This document shows positions 58,686-64,000 of a stretch of DNA of 64,000 bases, piece by piece. The DNA is from Ignavibacteriota bacterium (lineage in GTDB: Bacteria > Bacteroidota > Ignavibacteria > Kapaibacteriales > UBA2268). The translations under genes and the position numbers were made by a program. Under the pieces are notes generated by a model. It was given only the letters and a program-made list of their open reading frames with translations. It was not told where the DNA came from and ran no database searches. The first letter of the stretch is position 1, and every line of letters begins with the position of its first letter. The DNA is taken from assembly GCA_024636855.1 (NCBI GenBank), contig JAGXGG010000064.1, forward strand, positions 26,162 through 90,161, written 5' to 3'.

Positions 58686-60001
58686 CTAATCTGAAGGAAG
58701 TAAATACCTGATGTCAGTTCGTTGTCTGGCTTAAAACTTAACACTTGCTTTGTCGGATTTGTTAAGTCAAGTTTAAATGTACTTATATTACGTCCTGTAA
58801 TGTCAATAATGGTTAGCTCCACTTCTCCTAAGAACGATGGAACAAACTCTATGCTTAATGCATGGTTTATAGAGAGTGGATTCGGGTATAGTTTAGTCGA
58901 CGGCTCTACTTCTTGTTTTCTGTCGTCTTCTACGCTGAGTATGGGGTCTGTCCATTTATAAACGTTACCTGTTCGTGTTACTGCTAGTATCTCCCCATTA
59001 GGTAAGTAAGCATAATCATCAGGAGAAGTATCTAAATCATATGTTCCGTAATCTCTGTACCACGTCCTGCCACCATCTGACGTTCTTAATAACTTCGAAA
59101 AACCACTTGAGTAAGCTATTCCTTCCATATCGTTATTAAATTCTATCTCATTTAATGTAGAACTTGGTGATGATATAGTATCAAGAACAATCTCCCAACT
59201 ATAACCTCCATTTGTTGATATTTGCACTACATCTACGTAAGTACTTGCATAGGGTTTGGTTTGAACAGAACCAACTGCAATAATTTTATTATTTAATAAT
59301 CTATAACTAAAATGTAATTGTCTTTCTTTATCATAAATTATTTCCCAATTTCTTCCATAGTCTGTTGACTTAATAATAAAATTTTGATTATCCTCATGAT
59401 AAAAATCTACAAAATAAGAACCATCAGCAATTAAAGTACTATCATCGAGAAAGAATAAAGCGTGAGGTCTAAGATCCCCATTATCTAAGTCAAATTCTCG
59501 ATTAAATTTTGATTCATATTTATCCCAATTTCTTCCATAATCTATAGAAAAGTATAATTCACTACCATAGCGAGCAATTGCAATATTATTTCTTGCAATT
59601 ATATCACTTTGTGATTTACTTCCGCCTCTTAATGAGTCATATACCCAATTCTTACCGCCGTCGTCTGTTCTCCAAAATCTAAGTCCTTCACACATCATTA
59701 TAGCATGATCTGAATCAGTGTAAGTAAGGTCATAAGAGCGTACAGGATGATATATAACTTTTCCAGTCTCATCTCTTTTAACAGAATCATCTAGGGCAAC
59801 CACCCAATTCTCTCCTCTGTCTGTTGATTTGAATACATGAGGAATTATTCCTCCCACATTCCCAGAAATCATTACATAATTACCGACCGCTTCGACTTTC
59901 GGACCAACTAAACTAGTTCCAAGATTGCTTAAATTAGTCCACTCACCACCGAACAGTGGTGAGCAGAACATAAATGTTATTATTATTAATAATTCTTTCA
60001 T
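58640..60001 (-). CDS. BNR/Asp-box beta-propeller protein with T9SS C-terminal sorting domain (tandem paralog 2)
   Basis: Same architecture as 57076-58434 (KSTDRGENW, RTDDGGKNW, SIDYGRNW, STDYGRNW, STNGGYSW, RTSDGGRTW; CTD ...GIYFLQISYKNGIAERHKFVVE). N- and C-terminal thirds are nearly identical to paralog 1 and the middle is diverged. Confidence 0.85.
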   Translation of the reverse strand: MKELLIIITFMFCSPLFGGEWTNLSNLGTSLVGPKVEAVGNYVMISGNVGGIIPHVFKSTDRGENWVVALDDSVKRDETGKVIYHPVRSYDLTYTDSDHAIMMCEGLRFWRTDDGGKNWVYDSLRGGSKSQSDIIARNNIAIARYGSELYFSIDYGRNWDKYESKFNREFDLDNGDLRPHALFFLDDSTLIADGSYFVDFYHEDNQNFIIKSTDYGRNWEIIYDKERQLHFSYRLLNNKIIAVGSVQTKPYASTYVDVVQISTNGGYSWEIVLDTISSPSSTLNEIEFNNDMEGIAYSSGFSKLLRTSDGGRTWYRDYGTYDLDTSPDDYAYLPNGEILAVTRTGNVYKWTDPILSVEDDRKQEVEPSTKLYPNPLSINHALSIEFVPSFLGEVELTIIDITGRNISTFKLDLTNPTKQVLSFKPDNELTSGIYFLQISYKNGIAERHKFVVE

Positions 60002-61587
60002 TTTTCTACATAGATTTTATAGATTCTTAAAACATTATTACCTTCTTTTACCGTTATAAAGTACGTTCCCTTAACTAAATGCTGATATAATATAGGAAGT
60101 GTATTTTCATTTCCTACTAACTTGCCAAATAAATCATATATAAGAACCTTACTTTCTCTTCCTATTTCATCATATACATTTATTCCTTCATTAACTGAAG
60201 AGACGACATAACTTTCTGCTTTATCAATTCCCTCCATTGACCTATATACGTCTTCAAATGTATTGTCACCATAAGGATTGTTTGGATCACTCATTATACT
60301 ACTATATACGCTCTCACATATAGAAACACAAGGACGGGTAAACCATACACAAGTATCACCTATCATTTCAGAGCCATCTATTTTTACAGCTGTGTAAACA
60401 GAGTCACCTATGTTACATACTAAGTATCGTCCCCAACAACAACCAAGCATATCATTTTGCATAGGATTGCAATTCCCCAATCCCGTTTGAGCTACAGTAT
60501 CATAGTCAGTTACGCAAAGAGCATTTACTAATCTATAATTATCCCTACAATCATTTGTTCCAATATTATTTATTTTACTGAATTTAAGTAACCATTCATT
60601 CACGTATGCACTCATTTCCTCGGGTGGGATTTGCAAAATACAGCTGGTAGGGCAGTCATAGGATATTGAATCTATCCTTGCATCTTTGTAATTATCAGGA
60701 CAAGAAGGGTTATTATTATCTCTCCAACCATAATAAATTTTTATTGTACATCCACTACAACCGGTAAGCAATGAATCAATTGAAATAGTTTCTGATGAAT
60801 CAGACACCCAAAGTCCTTCATTACAAGGAATAGCACAAGTTGATAGCCCAGCTAACAAGCTTTTCTTTTTGGGGTCACAACCATCTTCGCAACTACCAGG
60901 ACATGGCGGAAGTGGTCCACTACCAGCAGGGAAATAACTAATTGAATCAACTTCTCTATTCAATGTATCTGTTGCATCTGAATTTACATTTATTCTATTT
61001 GCACAACAGCGTTGGGTATATGAATCACATTCTTTTCCAGAACCATCGTAACACTTACCAATAGTATAATAATAAGTTGCTATACCATCAGCATGAATTC
61101 TATTGGTATCAACATATGCAACAGATAAATTATTTATTATCCCCGGCATTTCTTCTTCAGCATCTTTATAGAACTGCTCTAAAAAATATAGCTCTAATTT
61201 GTCAGTTTCACATTCGTAACAGTCATCTTCTCCGTACCAATAAATTCCTGAGATAAAAGGATAATAAAACTGAACTTCATCATCTTGATATTCTTCATAT
61301 TCCTCACCATAACATTCTGTATTAAGGGTATCAAACCTATCGTAATACACAACAACAAAGTAGCAATCTGGATTACATAATGGGTCAGCTGAGCTCCCAC
61401 GTATTGTATCAGTTTTAGGTCCTACCCACCCACTTGTCCTATAGCAAGTATCAATATCAACTTGAGATAAGGCACAAGGTTCAGGGGATTTACCTATCCA
61501 AACTGAATCTATTTGTGCGTTTATTGTTGTTATTGAAACCATCAACAAAATGATTAGATATAATTTTTTCATAATCTTTGACTCCAA
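59998..61587 (-). CDS. Cysteine-rich secreted protein with T9SS C-terminal sorting domain
   Basis: Signal peptide. About 30 Cys in the mature region in paired spacings (PDCYF, ECYG, DCYEC, RCC, PPCPGSCEDGCDP, GCSGC, SCPD, GCCWG, PCVSIC). C-terminus VLIYDLFGKLV...GTYFITVKEGNNVLRIYKIYVEK is a T9SS CTD. Overlaps the start of paralog 2 by 4 nt. Confidence 0.8.
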   Translation of the reverse strand: MESKIMKKLYLIILLMVSITTINAQIDSVWIGKSPEPCALSQVDIDTCYRTSGWVGPKTDTIRGSSADPLCNPDCYFVVVYYDRFDTLNTECYGEEYEEYQDDEVQFYYPFISGIYWYGEDDCYECETDKLELYFLEQFYKDAEEEMPGIINNLSVAYVDTNRIHADGIATYYYTIGKCYDGSGKECDSYTQRCCANRINVNSDATDTLNREVDSISYFPAGSGPLPPCPGSCEDGCDPKKKSLLAGLSTCAIPCNEGLWVSDSSETISIDSLLTGCSGCTIKIYYGWRDNNNPSCPDNYKDARIDSISYDCPTSCILQIPPEEMSAYVNEWLLKFSKINNIGTNDCRDNYRLVNALCVTDYDTVAQTGLGNCNPMQNDMLGCCWGRYLVCNIGDSVYTAVKIDGSEMIGDTCVWFTRPCVSICESVYSSIMSDPNNPYGDNTFEDVYRSMEGIDKAESYVVSSVNEGINVYDEIGRESKVLIYDLFGKLVGNENTLPILYQHLVKGTYFITVKEGNNVLRIYKIYVEK

Positions 61588-62060
61588 ATATTAATTAATA
61601 ATTAATTATTGATATATTTGTAGATGTCAAATGTGTTCAACCACGAATTTTGTTTGACAACTACAGGTCAGGAAAAACAACTTTCGTTTTTTCTGACTTT
61701 TTTTATAGCTATTAGAATTTGAAAACCATTTTTTAGCCTCCTGTTGAGTGGTGCTTAGTTGATGGATTCATTTGTAATTCATTTAATAAAACGCTTTACA
61801 AATTTTGTTTAATTTCATTTGTGTCTAATTTAAAATAAAATAAAATAAAATCCAAATTATTTTTGAAAATCAAGCGTCTTTTATCAACATTTGTATATGA
61901 ATGTTTTAACGAGAGCTAGAGTGAATCGGATTAGTAATATTTGGGGGCGTTTATTTCTACAGGCTCAATAAACGCATTTTAATACTCTTCAGATAACTCT
62001 TAGACTCTTCGCTAACTATGTTAGCTCAGAGTGACTCGGGTATTTTCGGAGGGTGTTTTA

Positions 62061-62462
62061 CTATTGCCCTGGAGCTTCTGCTTCGTCGGTTGGGTTTTCG
62101 GTAGTATCCATTTCTTCATCTATTTCAAAGCGAATGAGTATTCGCTCGCCGTTGGAGGCAACGACTTCTATAGATTCCAGGTCGCCGTCTTTTCTTCGGT
62201 TTATATATACTTCGGCTTTGCCAGTTGTGTCGCCGGGCTTAGAGATTTCAACGGTACTTGTGCTGTCCTCTAGGTCTTCAGACTCAATGAATGATTTGTC
62301 GTATTTCTTAGATTTTGTGTCGAATTTGGGAACTGAAAACGAGCTATCGAAATCCTCTAAGTCTAGTGAATTAGACAAATCTTTAGTTGATAGAAGGCTT
62401 TCGCCACTATTCTCATCTTCGAACTCACTTTCGAATGGATCTATATTCTTAGGATTGCTCAT
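62061..62462 (-). CDS. Small acidic hypothetical protein co-transcribed with the sigma-54 response regulator
   Basis: 133 aa, strongly D/E-rich with a beta-rich C-terminal segment (KAEVYINRRKDGDLESIEVVASNGERILIRFEIDEE). Its start overlaps the regulator stop by 14 nt. A mutually exclusive Ser-rich ORF exists on the plus strand (62053-62487). Confidence 0.45.
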   Translation of the reverse strand: MSNPKNIDPFESEFEDENSGESLLSTKDLSNSLDLEDFDSSFSVPKFDTKSKKYDKSFIESEDLEDSTSTVEISKPGDTTGKAEVYINRRKDGDLESIEVVASNGERILIRFEIDEEMDTTENPTDEAEAPGQ

Positions 62463-63900
62463 TTTTCAGTGCTTTGTAATTTCTTGAAGTAGCGTCTATG
62501 TCGAGTTGCTCTAGTCTGTATCTCAGTTTAGCTCTTGAAATACCTAATACTTTAGCAGCTTTTATTTGGTTACCTTTGGTAATCAATAGCGTTTGATGAA
62601 TCAAATCCTTGATTATATTACCCATAAATGCACCCTTATCAGATATCTTAAGAAAATGCTCACATTCATTTAGGTAAATCTCTCTAGGTGCTTCATCTTT
62701 GTTCTTAGATGCTTTTCTATCAACTCTAAGGAAGCTAAGTGATTCTTTGGAGATAACATCATCTTGCTCGAGAAGTACAATTCTTTCTATTACATTCGTT
62801 AACTCACGAATATTACCTTTCCAATGATATTTTTGTAGTATTTGAGCTGCTTCAGGTGTAAAGCCTTTTATATCTTTACCGAATGACTTGTTAAATTTCT
62901 CGACAAAATTAGAGGCAAGTATTAGAATATCCTCGTTTCTTTCTCTTAGAGGTGGTAATGTGATTGATGCCACGTTAAGACGATAGTAAAGGTCTTCTCT
63001 GAAATCATTTTCCTCGACCATCTCTTCCAAATCACGGTTTGTAGCTGCTATTACTCGAACATCTATCGTTAGTTCTTTGGAACCACCAAGTCTATAGTAT
63101 TTTTTCTCTTGTAGTACACGAAGTAGTTTAACTTGCAAATCTAAGCTTAATTCACCAACTTCATCTAGTAATATAGTACCGTGGTTCGCTTGCTCAAATC
63201 TACCCTGCTTTACTTTCTCAGTGGCACCTGTAAATGCCCCTTTCTCATAACCGAATAGCTCATTCTCAGCAAGTTCTCTAGGAATAGCACCACAGTTAAT
63301 AGTTATAAATGGGCCTTTGGCACGAGGGGAATTATCATGAATATGGCGAGCCATCAGCTCTTTACCAGTACCTGATTCACCTAGTATTAGTACAGTTGTA
63401 TTTTCTGCTTTGGCAAATAGTTTACCCATTTCCATAGCCCTTCTCAAACCTTCAGATTTACCAATTATTTCGCTTGGCTTAGATTCGCTCAATTGCTCTG
63501 AAAGAATATCTACTTTACGTCGGAGGTCGTGATTGTCTAGTGCTTTTTCTACACTTAGTTCTAATTGCTCTAAGTCCAATGGCTTTACTATGAAATCTTC
63601 GGCACCTAACTTCATTGCTCTTACGGCCATCTTGATATCAGAAAATGCTGTCATCATAATAACAGGCATTTTGAAACCTTCATTACGAAGAGTTTCAAGT
63701 ATGTCTAGACCATTCGCATGCCCCAGAAAAATATCTAAAAGTACTAAATCTGGGCTCAATGAACCGATTTCTTCTAGTGCTACTTTGGCATCATTATAAA
63801 CTTGTATTTTAGTATATGATTCCGATAAAATATCACTAACTGTATCGCTAACCAGTTTATCATCTTCTATTATCGCTATTGTATAATTCTTTTGTGCCAT
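62449..63900 (-). CDS. Sigma-54-dependent two-component response regulator (NtrC family: receiver + AAA+ sigma-54 activator + Fis-type HTH)
   Basis: Receiver ([10 protein letters not shown]...[10 protein letters not shown]...IVKP). Sigma-54 AAA+ domain ([23 protein letters not shown] motif in EKGAFTGA, walker B LLDEVGEL). C-terminal HTH ([16 protein letters not shown]). Confidence 0.92.
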   Translation of the reverse strand: MAQKNYTIAIIEDDKLVSDTVSDILSESYTKIQVYNDAKVALEEIGSLSPDLVLLDIFLGHANGLDILETLRNEGFKMPVIMMTAFSDIKMAVRAMKLGAEDFIVKPLDLEQLELSVEKALDNHDLRRKVDILSEQLSESKPSEIIGKSEGLRRAMEMGKLFAKAENTTVLILGESGTGKELMARHIHDNSPRAKGPFITINCGAIPRELAENELFGYEKGAFTGATEKVKQGRFEQANHGTILLDEVGELSLDLQVKLLRVLQEKKYYRLGGSKELTIDVRVIAATNRDLEEMVEENDFREDLYYRLNVASITLPPLRERNEDILILASNFVEKFNKSFGKDIKGFTPEAAQILQKYHWKGNIRELTNVIERIVLLEQDDVISKESLSFLRVDRKASKNKDEAPREIYLNECEHFLKISDKGAFMGNIIKDLIHQTLLITKGNQIKAAKVLGISRAKLRYRLEQLDIDATSRNYKALKNEQS

Positions 63901-64000
63901 CTTTTAATATTTTATTTGAAATTCGATTGTAAACTTAATGAATTTATTTTGCTTATTATAATATTGGTAACTTTACGTAGAAACAAGTACCTTCGTTTAA

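Noticed and set aside
61900-62060. Sigma-54 promoter (TGGCAC-N5-TTGCW) in the GC-rich stretch upstream of the Cys-rich/BNR array
   Set aside because: The best candidate, TGGAGCTTCTGCTT, has the wrong GG-to-GC spacing. No convincing -24/-12 element was found by eye.
62053-62487. 144-aa Ser-rich ORF on the plus strand, opposite the acidic ORF
   Set aside because: Low-complexity Ser/Leu composition is the expected antisense shadow of a GAA/GAT-rich (Asp/Glu) gene. The minus-strand ORF overlaps the stop of the upstream regulator in operon fashion. Kept only as an alternative in the feature evidence.
1-64000. CRISPR array, insertion sequences, prophage
   Set aside because: No short regularly spaced direct repeats, no transposase/integrase-like ORFs, no phage structural genes. 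The only repeats are the 130-nt block pair, the tandem gene duplication, the paralogous GT2 pair and a (TAAAA)4 microsatellite.

Overview
This is a low-GC (about one third G+C), gene-dense chromosomal window with no transposase, integrase or CRISPR array. The protein repertoire points to a Bacteroidota/FCB-group organism that uses a type IX secretion system (T9SS). At least eight predicted proteins end in the Por/T9SS C-terminal sorting domain, and there is an OmpA/porin-rich envelope. Housekeeping genes recognised include a partial GNAT acetyltransferase, dinB, tadA, rsmI, tmk, proline dehydrogenase, tRNA-Lys(UUU), dxs, accA, wecB, rfbB, a GH3 hexosaminidase, threonine aldolase, ispE, an FtsX/LolE-like permease and a sigma-54 response regulator. 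The centre of the window (34.8-50.8 kb) is a large minus-strand polysaccharide (capsule/EPS) biosynthesis and export locus. It contains seven glycosyltransferases, a priming polyprenyl-phosphate sugar transferase, Wza-like exporter, Nudix and DedA. Candidates for novel biology are: (i) a tightly coupled operon of an ATP-cone + Mrr-type PD-(D/E)xK nuclease and a beta-CASP MBL nuclease, then a Tat-signal PLP enzyme; (ii) a tandem duplication of a BNR-propeller T9SS cargo gene with mosaic divergence and a near-identical 130-nt block; (iii) a GC-rich, hairpin-rich about 270-nt island between an oxidoreductase gene and dinB that looks like an unassigned structured RNA; (iv) a GT2 protein fused to a gutted polyprenyl-phosphate sugar-transferase domain; (v) a frameshift in an A8 tract splitting a lipoprotein gene next to tRNA-Lys. 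All functional calls are from motif recognition by eye; no database search was run.
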